This document shows, in pieces, positions 1-9,225 of a stretch of 64,000 bases of DNA (the first letter of the stretch is position 1; every line of letters starts with the position of its first letter). Source of the stretch: an uncultured Candidatus Micrarchaeota archaeon. GTDB taxonomy: Archaea; Micrarchaeota; Micrarchaeia; Micrarchaeales; Micrarchaeaceae. Below the pieces are notes generated by a model. That model was not told the origin of the DNA and did not search any database. It saw only the letters and a program-made list of their open reading frames with translations. The position numbers and the translations under genes are program-made. The stretch is from contig CAVUGN010000002.1 in the NCBI GenBank assembly GCA_963741095.1, positions 32,001 through 96,000 of the forward strand, written 5' to 3'.

Positions 1-2
1 AC

Positions 3-410
3 AAGGACTGCGTCGGAAGCCACGGCCAGGTCTGCAAGGTGGACATGAACACCGGCAAGGCGAAGGTCGAGGATTATGACGGGATCATACTCATAGACGG
101 CAAGGGCATCGACGCCTACAAGATCTACGACTTCCGCCCGTTGCTCGATCTGCTTACGAAGTTCAACGATGGCAAGAAGGCGATCATCGCGATCGAGAAT
201 GCCCTGAAAATACCGGCAAGGGCGAACATAATCAAGGGCAGGAAGATAGCAATGCCCGACGACGAGGAATCGAAGAGGCTCGTCCAATTGTTCCACGGCC
301 TGGCGTCCGAGGAGAAGATGGAGATCTCGGGCAACATCATATCGGTGCGCGACCACACGGACCTGGAAAGCTCCATGCAGAAGATAGTGGACCGGCTAGG
401 TGTGTCCTAA
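3..410 (+). CDS. DJ-1/PfpI family protein (5'-truncated by window edge), nucleophile Cys apparently absent
   Basis: Frame open from position 3; 'EDYDGIILIDGKG' and 'KKAIIAIENA...ARANIIKGRK' match the DJ-1/PfpI fold; AIENA stands where AICxG/A is usual. Confidence 0.65.
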   Translation, partial: KDCVGSHGQVCKVDMNTGKAKVEDYDGIILIDGKGIDAYKIYDFRPLLDLLTKFNDGKKAIIAIENALKIPARANIIKGRKIAMPDDEESKRLVQLFHGLASEEKMEISGNIISVRDHTDLESSMQKIVDRLGVS

Positions 411-414
411 TTCT

Positions 415-747
415 ATGGAGCGCGGAAGGCTTATCAGGGAGATAGCCGCTGAGCGGATACGGATACTCTACGACCTTGCCGTAGCCAGGGCCGGAAAGGA
501 CGTCGCGCTTTCGACCGAGTATGTGAAGACGCTGAGAAGGATGAGCGCACACTACAAGGTCGGCATTCCCGAAGATATCAAGGACAGGATATGCAAGAGG
601 TGCAACCTTGTCCTGATACCGGGACTGACGGCCGGAGTCAGGCTCGCCAGCAGCAAAGGCTATGTTGTCTACTCTTGCAACAGGTGCAGGGGGGAGAACC
701 ATATATTCTACAAGCCCGTACGGGCCGCACGGATTGCGCGCAACTGA
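415..747 (+). CDS. rnp4: Ribonuclease P protein component 4 (Rpp21)
   Basis: 'IAAERIRIL...ICKRCNLVLIPG...YSCNRC' zinc-binding Rpr2/Rpp21 pattern. Confidence 0.9.
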   Translation: MERGRLIREIAAERIRILYDLAVARAGKDVALSTEYVKTLRRMSAHYKVGIPEDIKDRICKRCNLVLIPGLTAGVRLASSKGYVVYSCNRCRGENHIFYKPVRAARIARN

Positions 748-807
748 GAAAAGTTAATAGCATTGCTCTTGAATACCTAAATCAGGCGCAGTCGTGAGAG
801 TGTCGAT

Positions 808-2796
808 ATGAAATTGAACCTGTTCGCTCTTGTCGTGCTTTTGCTGTTGTCGTGCCAGTTTTCGGCGTTTTCCCACGCCAGCAGCAACGTAGTGACCGCA
901 AACGTCATCGTGATCTGCCCGTTCTCCCTGACTGCCAATGTCCTGCCGGCCTATGCGATCGGCAACACGATAAACCTGAATTACACCCTGTTCACGCAGG
1001 CCCAATGCAGCATACCCACCCTGCAGGGCAGCTTTGCATTGGAGTACAGCGGCAACAACGTGCAGGTGCTGTACGATTCGCTGACTTCGACGGCCACGCA
1101 GACGCCGCTGCTGTACAACATTCCACCGATAAATTCGATGACCCTGGCGCGCGACAGCTACAAGGCCGTGTTCGATTTCTCTGCCTACGGCACCAGCAAC
1201 CAGAGCGTGCAGAGCTTCGTCCTGGTCAGCCAGTCCAACATCATAATAACGAACTTCACGGTCAGCCCAAGCTCAGTCAGTGTCGGCTCCCCGCTGACCT
1301 TCACGGTCAACGTCCTGAACGACGGAGAGCTCGCATCAGGGCCGATAGGCATGAACATAATCATAACCGGGCCGCAGAGCTTCACGGTGACCGAGTCGGC
1401 TAGCCCTCTCTCGCCGGGCCAGAGCGAGATCCTGACGTTCGTGCTGAGCAACGTTACCGGAGCTGCGGGAGACTACTCTGCGAGCACGTACGCGACGTTC
1501 ATCTACAACAACGCCGCCATAGAGTCCAATCTGTTGAACGCTGCATACACGGTTACGCAGCAGCCCGCGCCGTCACAGGGCGCGCCACCCTCGCCGACAT
1601 CGGTCATCACGGTCATACCGAAACTCCAGTTCACGCAGGTGCCCTTCTACTCCTCGCTCGCGCTGGGCTCGATAGAAGTAACATCGCTGGGACTTCAGGA
1701 CCTGGCGAATGGGAACATAACCGTCAGTCTCGGAGTGCCGCTGGCGTTCGACAACATATTCGACGTCTCGGCTCACAGCATTTACCTTGTTCCCAGCGAG
1801 AGCGTGTTTGTGCAGCTGGTCTTCGATTCCAGCCACGTGAGCGCGCCCGGCACGTACGTGGTGCCCTTGAACGTGAGCGTGAGCGCGGCGAACAGCGTGA
1901 CGGTGGGCACCACCCAGTACCTGACTTACATAGTGTCGAAGAATTCCAGCAGCGTGAGCATGTACAGCCAGATACAGACCGCGCGCAGCAATGCGACAGT
2001 GACCACCTCGATCATCGGCGCAAGGAACCACAGCCTGACGAACGCCACGCTGGTCACCATGCTGCCGCTCTCCGTGGTCAGCAACGCCTCGCAGATAAAG
2101 ACTTATGGATTGCCGGCGACGATAACCTTCGGTACCGGCGGCCCCCAGATAAACTGGCTGGTTCCATACCTGCCGCCGGGCAAGGGCATAACGCTTTCGT
2201 ACACCATAAACAACGCGCAGAACGTCGGGCTGCTCTCCGCGGTGCAGACTCTTCTGGTCGTGCAGTCACAGCCCACGCCCACCAGCATACTGAAGGTCGT
2301 CAGCATACAGACGCCGACATTCTACGCAAACACGCTGAACAAGGTATCCGTTGGGGTGCTGTACACCGGGACAACCATGCAGGGCGTGAGGTTCACCCTT
2401 ACGACTCCCGGCACTGCGACAGTGCTCAATCCGATTCAATTGGTGAATGCAAGCCCGAACCAGCTGCTGCAAGAGACCTTCAACATCAGAACGGAGAATG
2501 CGACCGGCACTTTGCTGCTGAATCTTGGCATAGAAGCACAGAACGCGAGCATCAACTACACGCTGCCGGTGATCGTAATGCAGAAATTCACCCCGACGAC
2601 GAGCACGATACCGCAGGTGACCACGACCCCGATAAACGTTGCGAAGTACGTGCCGTGGGCTGTTGGGGCCGCAGTCGTGGTCGCGGCCGCATACCTGGTC
2701 CGCGGCATAAGAAGAAGGCCGAGATACCAGCCTGGAAGAGCAAAGGAATTAATAAGGATTAGAGAGCAAATAAAGCGCAGCGATGAGCATGCCTAA
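808..2796 (+). CDS. Secreted multi-Ig/CARDB-like surface protein with C-terminal membrane anchor; putative filament base/anchor
   Basis: Class I signal peptide (…FSHA|S), beta-rich S/T/N-rich domains including CARDB-like 'FTVNVLNDGE', many N-x-S/T sequons, C-terminal TM followed by RRRPR; mature N-terminus SSNVVTANVIVIC resembles the N-terminus of the 9226 subunit. Confidence 0.75.
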   Translation: MKLNLFALVVLLLLSCQFSAFSHASSNVVTANVIVICPFSLTANVLPAYAIGNTINLNYTLFTQAQCSIPTLQGSFALEYSGNNVQVLYDSLTSTATQTPLLYNIPPINSMTLARDSYKAVFDFSAYGTSNQSVQSFVLVSQSNIIITNFTVSPSSVSVGSPLTFTVNVLNDGELASGPIGMNIIITGPQSFTVTESASPLSPGQSEILTFVLSNVTGAAGDYSASTYATFIYNNAAIESNLLNAAYTVTQQPAPSQGAPPSPTSVITVIPKLQFTQVPFYSSLALGSIEVTSLGLQDLANGNITVSLGVPLAFDNIFDVSAHSIYLVPSESVFVQLVFDSSHVSAPGTYVVPLNVSVSAANSVTVGTTQYLTYIVSKNSSSVSMYSQIQTARSNATVTTSIIGARNHSLTNATLVTMLPLSVVSNASQIKTYGLPATITFGTGGPQINWLVPYLPPGKGITLSYTINNAQNVGLLSAVQTLLVVQSQPTPTSILKVVSIQTPTFYANTLNKVSVGVLYTGTTMQGVRFTLTTPGTATVLNPIQLVNASPNQLLQETFNIRTENATGTLLLNLGIEAQNASINYTLPVIVMQKFTPTTSTIPQVTTTPINVAKYVPWAVGAAVVVAAAYLVRGIRRRPRYQPGRAKELIRIREQIKRSDEHA

Positions 2797-3595
2797 GCCT
2801 TACAGCATAATAGTTTCATCGCAGAAGGGTGGAGTCGGCAAGACGACCATCTCGGTCAACCTTTCAACAGCGTTGGGGCAGAGTGGGTACAAGGTATTGT
2901 TGGTTGATGCTGATTATTCCAATCCGTGCGTCGGCTTCCATCTCGGCCTCGAGAACGCGAATGCCGGCCTGAGGGCAGTTGTCACCGGCAGGGCGAAACT
3001 CGAGAATGTGGTTGTCCTGCACAACCCCACAGGACTGCACGTGCTCACCGGGGAGATAACCGCGAAACCGTTCCATCCCAGCGCGTCCCAGCAGAAATAT
3101 CTCCGCGAGAGCCTGGAAAAAAGCGGTTATGATTTCGTGATAATAGACATGCCGCCTGGCGCGGAGGATCTTGAGGAGGTAGAGGCCTTTTGCTGCGAGA
3201 ACAGCCGACAGGTCATAATCGTCCTGACTCCGGAGATGTCCGCATGCTCGAGCGCGATAAGGCTTGCGCAGATCTACGAGAAGCAGCACATACTCCACAA
3301 CATGGTCGCCAACAGGGTCAAGAACAAGGCCTACGAGTTGAGCGTCAGTGAGATAGAGGACGCGGTGGGAGAAGGATTGATGGGTGTCTTGCCGGAAGAC
3401 GAGAACGTCCCGATAAGCATAGCGCAGCACATACCTGTTCTGCTGTTGAAGAACCGGTCCGGCTTTTCCGGAGCGATAAAGAGCCTTGCCAGAAGGGCAT
3501 CGAACCGCGTAGGCTACGAACCGGGCGAGGAAAGGTACGTGCCGCATAGGGGCGGAGGCTTCTTCGCGTGGCTGATGCGGCTGTTCGGCAGATAA
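2783..3595 (+). CDS. minD: MinD/ParA family ATPase
   Basis: Deviant Walker A 'QKGGVGKTT', 'LVDAD', 'IIDMPPG', C-terminal amphipathic membrane-targeting helix 'GGFFAWLMRLFGR'. Confidence 0.85.
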   Translation: MSMPKPYSIIVSSQKGGVGKTTISVNLSTALGQSGYKVLLVDADYSNPCVGFHLGLENANAGLRAVVTGRAKLENVVVLHNPTGLHVLTGEITAKPFHPSASQQKYLRESLEKSGYDFVIIDMPPGAEDLEEVEAFCCENSRQVIIVLTPEMSACSSAIRLAQIYEKQHILHNMVANRVKNKAYELSVSEIEDAVGEGLMGVLPEDENVPISIAQHIPVLLLKNRSGFSGAIKSLARRASNRVGYEPGEERYVPHRGGGFFAWLMRLFGR

Positions 3596-3617
3596 ACCAC
3601 AGCCGGACAATCTGCGC

Positions 3618-3628
3618 AAATTATTTAA
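3618..3628 (+). promoter_or_regulatory. Putative BRE/TATA box for the large adhesin gene
   Basis: AAATTATTTAA about 30 nt upstream of ATG 3660 in an otherwise GC-rich context. Confidence 0.4.
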
Positions 3629-3659
3629 TGCTGAAGTGGGATAAGGTAGCGACCCGATT

Positions 3660-6600
3660 ATGGAGAGGAAGGCGACCCTGCTCTGTGCGCTGCTGGCAGC
3701 AGTACTGCTTAGCATAGGCATTTCCGCGCAGGGGAACGTCACCTCGTCGCTCAACACGACGTCGGCTGCGACTTCCGTAAATCTTACGATGAGCAACGAT
3801 CCGGTGGCTTACGGGGAGACCCAGGTGCTCACCGCCGCGCTGCTGGGCGGCGCCGGTCCGTTCATCTACAATTTCCTCGTCTACAACGCGTCGGGAGTGC
3901 TCGAGGCCAGCGTGCTGACGCCCTACATATCGCCCTCGAATTATTCCTTCCCCGTCCTGCAGCAGGCCGCGTGGGGCTTCGGGGTGTTCACCGCCAACGT
4001 CGTGGCCATAGACAGCGCTTATCCCGGCATTCCCGTTGCCAATTCCATACTCTATGTGGTGCAGTCCACCACGACGACATCGACAGCCTCTTCCACCTCT
4101 TCCTCCGCATCAACTTCCACATCCACTTCTTCGACGGTGTCGTTGGCGACATTGCCCGGCAACGCGATGAACGCGACGAATTCCATATCGCCGACAATGC
4201 CGCACAACGTGATTTCGGTGGGGACAGGCGCGAAAGCCACGCTTGCATATCAGAATGGCGGAAACAAGGGTATGGTGATGATTCAGGGCAACGCGATAAG
4301 GCTGGCCGCAAGCAGGTCGGTGCTGAGAGAGGTTGATGTGGGGCTGGCAGCAACAAATCTCACAGTTAACGTCAGCATAACCAACCAGTCGCAGGTTCCG
4401 GTTAGCTTCGCCCAGCCAGCAGCTTCGGTGTACCAGTTCGTGCAGATAAACGGCAGCATAGCCAATAGCGTTAGTACCGACATAGACCAGTACATCACCA
4501 GCGTGACCTACAACTTTACCGTCCCTTCCGCTTGGATTGGCAGCATGGGGACTAACGCCGCGAGCATATTGCTCTTCAAGTACTCGCCTTCTTTGCAGAC
4601 CTGGAATCCGCTTACAACGACTCTGATAGGTTCGAATCAAACGTCTTATTTCTATTCCGCAACATCAAACTCATTCTCGGCTTATGTTGTTGGCTTTGTG
4701 ACAGGCAGCGGTTCGGCGACGGCAAACACCGTGTCAAACACAATAGTCACTGGAGGATACGCCTATGCGACTTATTTCTGGGGCGGAGCGATATCGACAG
4801 TGGGTAGAAATTCGATCGGTGCCACAGCTACCACATCGAGTTGGACCGTTGACGGCAACTATCTTGTCAGAAGCACGACTGCCTCAGCCACGTCGAACTT
4901 CAACACGGTTGTGATAGGGCACAATTCGCTAAACTCGGCAGCATTCACGACGAATTTCATAAAATCCGCAAACGGCAACGTCGTGAATGCGATAATAGCG
5001 GGCATAGGGGCGAACGTGATATTTGCGAATGGCAAAGCGTATTCGTCTAACGGCGTGGGCACAGCTGCTACAGTCCTTACTTTCAACGCTGCGGCCAACA
5101 GTTTTATTGTGCTTGTTTATGCTTCTGCCGGAACAGTCATGAGCGCTTTTTCAACAAATGCGCCCGGAAGTTCTCTCGCGGTAAATGTCGTAAGTGCGTC
5201 CGGTTCCGTAGACCAAGTTGCAATACAAACCGTCAATTCGCTGACTTCTGCGGTCGGTAGCTTTAATGCTGTGATAAGCACGGCCACTTCAGCATCAAAG
5301 AGCATGGTAGCGTATGTCTTCCCACCCTACGCGGTGAACCTTGTCGATAATCCGGCAACCGGAAGCATAATGACCAGCAACATGGTCGGCGGACCCAACA
5401 CTTATGCGAGCGGCCAGACGATAAACGTGATAGGCACGCAGAGCATAAACGCCATAGTGCCGACAGGCTACCGCTTCGCCAGCTGGACCGTAAGCAGCTC
5501 GGCCAACCTCATAGTCACGAGCACAAGCACGCAAAACACCTTCCTCACCGTGGAGGGCAACGGCATTCTCACGGCCAACTTCGCGCCTCCGACCGTAGCG
5601 ATAACTTCAGGACCGACCAACGCGATAGCTGATGTGGGGCAGTATGAATATTTCACTGCCACCGTAACGAACGGCAATGGACAGCCATACACCTACAACT
5701 GGATAGCTAGTAACGCGGTGTCAGGTGCGCTGATAGGCGGAGCAAACATGCTCTTCACGAGCTGCACCCTCGCGACCAACGCCCTTGGCTGGATAGTCGG
5801 CGCGAACGAGCCGACCAACTCGCCGGTAGCATGGAACGTGATAGTGACGGATACCTTGGTGACGTACAATTCTGTTGATTCCGGAGGCTACGGCGCCAAC
5901 ACGGCACTTGCTGCAGGCCTTCTCACGGAATCGAACACGGTGATAGACAACACCCAGTATTCGCTGCTCACTGCCAACCCTTCCGGAGGCAGCATGGGCG
6001 CGGGCTCTTCGTACAACTGGTTTGCCAACACTGTTGGAAACCCCAATTGCAACAGCGCGAACGTCGTGGGAGGCCAGACCTTAAAAACTTATCTGGCGAA
6101 CCCCAGTTCGACCACCTACTACTCGTACAACGTCATCGACTCGGCCAGCACGAAGACCACCGTGTGCAATCTGGCGGGGAACAGCATAACCGTCCAGTCG
6201 ACGCCCTCGGTGTCGACCCCGGTGCCTTCGAATGTCCTATTGGACTCGGGGCAGATGGTTGTCTACAACACGATACTCACAAGCCCGAGCGGCGGCTCGT
6301 CGTTCACGGTCAACCTCGTCAACATGGGTTCGGCGGGCTTGGCAAGCTCGCTTACGGGCCAGAGCGCAGGAACATTGGTCTTCGTGGCAAACACGCCGGC
6401 AGTGGGGACAGACACCTTCGAGGTGGTCGCAGCCGACGGCAGCACGACAAGCCCGTTCGTTTTCACCTCTGGCGTAAACACGATTGTGGTCAACACGGCG
6501 ATGAACCCGCAGCTGAGCAGCACGCCTGCATTGCCGGCAACTTTGAACACCGGCCAGACAATAACCTTCAACGCGCAGGTGGGCCCTCTGGCAATGGGAG

Positions 6601-9137
6601 GTTCGAGCCCTTTTGTCGTCAATGGAGTTGGCGCATGGACTTTCACAAACAACCAGCCGTTGCCGAGCGTGGATGCCCAAGGCGAAGTCGTGTACGGGAA
6701 CATCATCTACACCATAGGAGGTACGATAGGCGTCTCGTATTACAGTAATGCGGTCTACTATGCGCCGGTATCGGGCACAGGTGCTGGCGGTTGGACCGCG
6801 ACCAAGAATTACCCGATAAACGTGTTATTTCAAGGCGGGAGTTGCGTTGCATTTAACCAAAACATATATTGTGTGGGCGGCGAAGACAATTTGGGGCATA
6901 TTTTTAATGCGGTTTATTACGCCCCGATACTTGCCAGCAATGCGCTGGGGTCTTGGACCGCGACCACGAATTATCCGCTTAACGGATTGGAAGTGGATTG
7001 CTTGCTATCCAGTAGCAACATCTACTGCGTAGGTGGCTTAGGCACGTCCCCAAAATACAATGCAGTATACTACGCGCCCATACTCGCAAGCAATGCGCTG
7101 GGGTCTTGGACTGGGGTAACCAACTATCCCGTGAATACAATGGACGCGAGCTGCAATTTGTATGGCAATAACATCTATTGTGTAGGTGGCTTCGCTGCCC
7201 TCAGAACCAACTCAGTATACTACGCGCCCGTACTTTCCAGCAACGCGCTGGGGTCTTGGACCGCGACCACGAATTATCCCATAAATACGGTTACCCCATG
7301 CGTTCAGTATAGCAACTCGATTTTCTGTACGGGTGGCAGCACGACGGGCCCCAACACGAATGCAGTATACTATGCGCCCATACTTTCCAGCAACGCGCTG
7401 GGGTCTTGGACCGCGACCACGAATTATCCGGTGAATGTAGCGAATGAAGGCTGCGTCGGCTATAGCAACGACATTCTCTGCGTTGGCGGGACTACGGGTA
7501 CCGGGAGCACTTACACTAATTCCGTTTACTATGCGCCCATAACGGGCGCTGGTGGTGCCGGGGCAAGCGTAGGCGCTTGGACGCTTGCAGGGACCACGAC
7601 GATATCTGTTTCCAATTTCCCCACATGTGTGCTGTCAAACAGCATAATCTATTGTTTGGGCGGCGAGCAGCTTGTGGGAGGGGTTACATATAACAGCGTA
7701 TACTACGCGCCCATACTCGCAAGCAACGCTCTTGGCACGTGGAACCAGGCGGCGACAAATTACCCGTTCTCGCTTGGTTATATTAGCTGCTCCACATACA
7801 ACAGCGTGATTTACTGCGTGGGTGGATTGACCATTGGCCTTCATGGAGTCAACAGCGTCGAATACGGCCTGGCGCAGAGCACAGGGGTGAGCACGTGGAC
7901 GCCAGGCGGCAACTATCCGTTCTCCTTGTACTCGACGTCATGTGTCACGGATAGCAATATGATCTATTGCATTGGTGGCAGCGGTAGTACAAGTGGGCCC
8001 ACTTATAACAGCGCTTATTATGCCCCGATATATGCTAACACTGCAATAGGTAACTGGGTAAGTATGACGTCTTATCCCGTGAATGCCAACCCCGATTGCA
8101 TGGCGTACAACAACGACATCTATTGCATAAGTGGGCCAAATAACAACATTTACTACGCGCCCATACTTGCCAACGCTGCAATAGGCACATGGTCGTCAGG
8201 CACGGCAAATTATCCGTTGGTTTCGGCGGGCGGCTGCGTTGCATACAGCAACGACATCTTTTGTACGAGCGGAAGCAGCGATGGGCTATATGATGGTGGT
8301 TCAAACTCCATTTATTACGCCCCTATCTCTAGCACCGGAGTTGGCGCCTGGACGTATCTAGTAACACCCCTCTTCCCGATGAATACGTTCGAGCAATACT
8401 GCGCCACATTCGGCAATGCGATATACTGTGGGGGTGGAGTGACACAAGGTGGCACCCAATTCTGGCCCCAGTTCTACTGGGCGTATTTGACCGGCACTAC
8501 GGTCTCGAGCGGCAGTAGCAGCACGATTTTCGGCACGCCGCCGTACAGCTATTATTATTATGTTGCAAACGCCATCAACAACTTCGTCATGCAGATCGGG
8601 TCCGACGTCAGCGACTTCGCGACGTCCAACACCTTCGCCTGGACGATACCCTCGAACATGGGCGGCAACGTCCTTGTCGCGAACGTCGTCATCACGGACA
8701 GCGCGACCACGCAGGCCACCGCGAACTCCATCTTCAGCAACGTATTAACTATACCGGGTGCCGGCAGCGCGTGCCTGACAAATTCCGCTCCGAGCATGAT
8801 AAATTTCGGCAGCATCAACCCGACAAACAGCGTTAACACCCAGAACCAGATCATTGATACCAACTCCGGGAGCGTTGCAGCATACATGTATGTGTTCGGC
8901 GGCAACTGGATTGTGACAAGCTCGCAGCTGAACGGCTTCGGCATAAGCAACACCACCTGGGCCACGGGCAGCGGCGTGTCTTATGCATCTGCAACAAAGC
9001 TGAGCACAAGCCCGTACAACACCTTGCAATTGGTACCTGCAGGAGGCAGCAACTCGGTGTGGTTCGGCCTCAATATACCGCCTGCTACGACGGCAACGAC
9101 ATTCAACCAGATCATAACGATAGAGAATTCGTGTTGA
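3660..9137 (+). CDS. 1825-aa secreted adhesin-like protein: Ig/PKD-like domains, PGF-pre-PGF-like domain, 12 Cys-rich Kelch-like repeats, C-terminal pilin-like domain ending IENSC
   Basis: Signal peptide; S/T linker; 'VYQFVQIN…NFTVPSAWI…WNPLTT…FYSATSNSFSAYVVG' (PGF-pre-PGF-like); repeats 'YYAPI…GxW…NYP…C…IYCVGG'; no C-terminal TM. Confidence 0.8.
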   Translation: MERKATLLCALLAAVLLSIGISAQGNVTSSLNTTSAATSVNLTMSNDPVAYGETQVLTAALLGGAGPFIYNFLVYNASGVLEASVLTPYISPSNYSFPVLQQAAWGFGVFTANVVAIDSAYPGIPVANSILYVVQSTTTTSTASSTSSSASTSTSTSSTVSLATLPGNAMNATNSISPTMPHNVISVGTGAKATLAYQNGGNKGMVMIQGNAIRLAASRSVLREVDVGLAATNLTVNVSITNQSQVPVSFAQPAASVYQFVQINGSIANSVSTDIDQYITSVTYNFTVPSAWIGSMGTNAASILLFKYSPSLQTWNPLTTTLIGSNQTSYFYSATSNSFSAYVVGFVTGSGSATANTVSNTIVTGGYAYATYFWGGAISTVGRNSIGATATTSSWTVDGNYLVRSTTASATSNFNTVVIGHNSLNSAAFTTNFIKSANGNVVNAIIAGIGANVIFANGKAYSSNGVGTAATVLTFNAAANSFIVLVYASAGTVMSAFSTNAPGSSLAVNVVSASGSVDQVAIQTVNSLTSAVGSFNAVISTATSASKSMVAYVFPPYAVNLVDNPATGSIMTSNMVGGPNTYASGQTINVIGTQSINAIVPTGYRFASWTVSSSANLIVTSTSTQNTFLTVEGNGILTANFAPPTVAITSGPTNAIADVGQYEYFTATVTNGNGQPYTYNWIASNAVSGALIGGANMLFTSCTLATNALGWIVGANEPTNSPVAWNVIVTDTLVTYNSVDSGGYGANTALAAGLLTESNTVIDNTQYSLLTANPSGGSMGAGSSYNWFANTVGNPNCNSANVVGGQTLKTYLANPSSTTYYSYNVIDSASTKTTVCNLAGNSITVQSTPSVSTPVPSNVLLDSGQMVVYNTILTSPSGGSSFTVNLVNMGSAGLASSLTGQSAGTLVFVANTPAVGTDTFEVVAADGSTTSPFVFTSGVNTIVVNTAMNPQLSSTPALPATLNTGQTITFNAQVGPLAMGGSSPFVVNGVGAWTFTNNQPLPSVDAQGEVVYGNIIYTIGGTIGVSYYSNAVYYAPVSGTGAGGWTATKNYPINVLFQGGSCVAFNQNIYCVGGEDNLGHIFNAVYYAPILASNALGSWTATTNYPLNGLEVDCLLSSSNIYCVGGLGTSPKYNAVYYAPILASNALGSWTGVTNYPVNTMDASCNLYGNNIYCVGGFAALRTNSVYYAPVLSSNALGSWTATTNYPINTVTPCVQYSNSIFCTGGSTTGPNTNAVYYAPILSSNALGSWTATTNYPVNVANEGCVGYSNDILCVGGTTGTGSTYTNSVYYAPITGAGGAGASVGAWTLAGTTTISVSNFPTCVLSNSIIYCLGGEQLVGGVTYNSVYYAPILASNALGTWNQAATNYPFSLGYISCSTYNSVIYCVGGLTIGLHGVNSVEYGLAQSTGVSTWTPGGNYPFSLYSTSCVTDSNMIYCIGGSGSTSGPTYNSAYYAPIYANTAIGNWVSMTSYPVNANPDCMAYNNDIYCISGPNNNIYYAPILANAAIGTWSSGTANYPLVSAGGCVAYSNDIFCTSGSSDGLYDGGSNSIYYAPISSTGVGAWTYLVTPLFPMNTFEQYCATFGNAIYCGGGVTQGGTQFWPQFYWAYLTGTTVSSGSSSTIFGTPPYSYYYYVANAINNFVMQIGSDVSDFATSNTFAWTIPSNMGGNVLVANVVITDSATTQATANSIFSNVLTIPGAGSACLTNSAPSMINFGSINPTNSVNTQNQIIDTNSGSVAAYMYVFGGNWIVTSSQLNGFGISNTTWATGSGVSYASATKLSTSPYNTLQLVPAGGSNSVWFGLNIPPATTATTFNQIITIENSC
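6620..8495 (+). repeat. Twelve intragenic Kelch-like beta-propeller blade repeats (~50 aa, ~150 bp period)
   Basis: 12 units counted in translation; 49-bp identical DNA blocks at 7231-7279 and 7381-7429, near-identical copy at ~6935-6978. Confidence 0.85.
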
Positions 9138-9191
9138 GTGGGTATCGTGGATGAGCAAACAATTGGTGAAAATTCCGCTATTAAACAAACA

Positions 9192-9205
9192 GAAGGGTTT
9201 TTAAT
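9192..9205 (+). promoter_or_regulatory. Putative BRE/TATA box for the pilin-like subunit gene
   Basis: GAAGGGTTTTTAAT just upstream of ATG 9226; similar GAAAGGGTTTTAAG lies upstream of gyrB (~40278-40291). Confidence 0.45.
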
Positions 9206-9225
9206 TATTAGTTATGAAACCGTAA

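Noticed and set aside
6900-7740. Regularly spaced ~50-bp DNA repeats resembling a CRISPR array
   Set aside because: Repeats are in-frame parts of Kelch-like blades within a long ORF; the 150-bp period is too long and no cas genes are present
6620-8495. Diversity-generating retroelement target/template pair
   Set aside because: No reverse transcriptase in the window and differences between repeats are not adenine-specific
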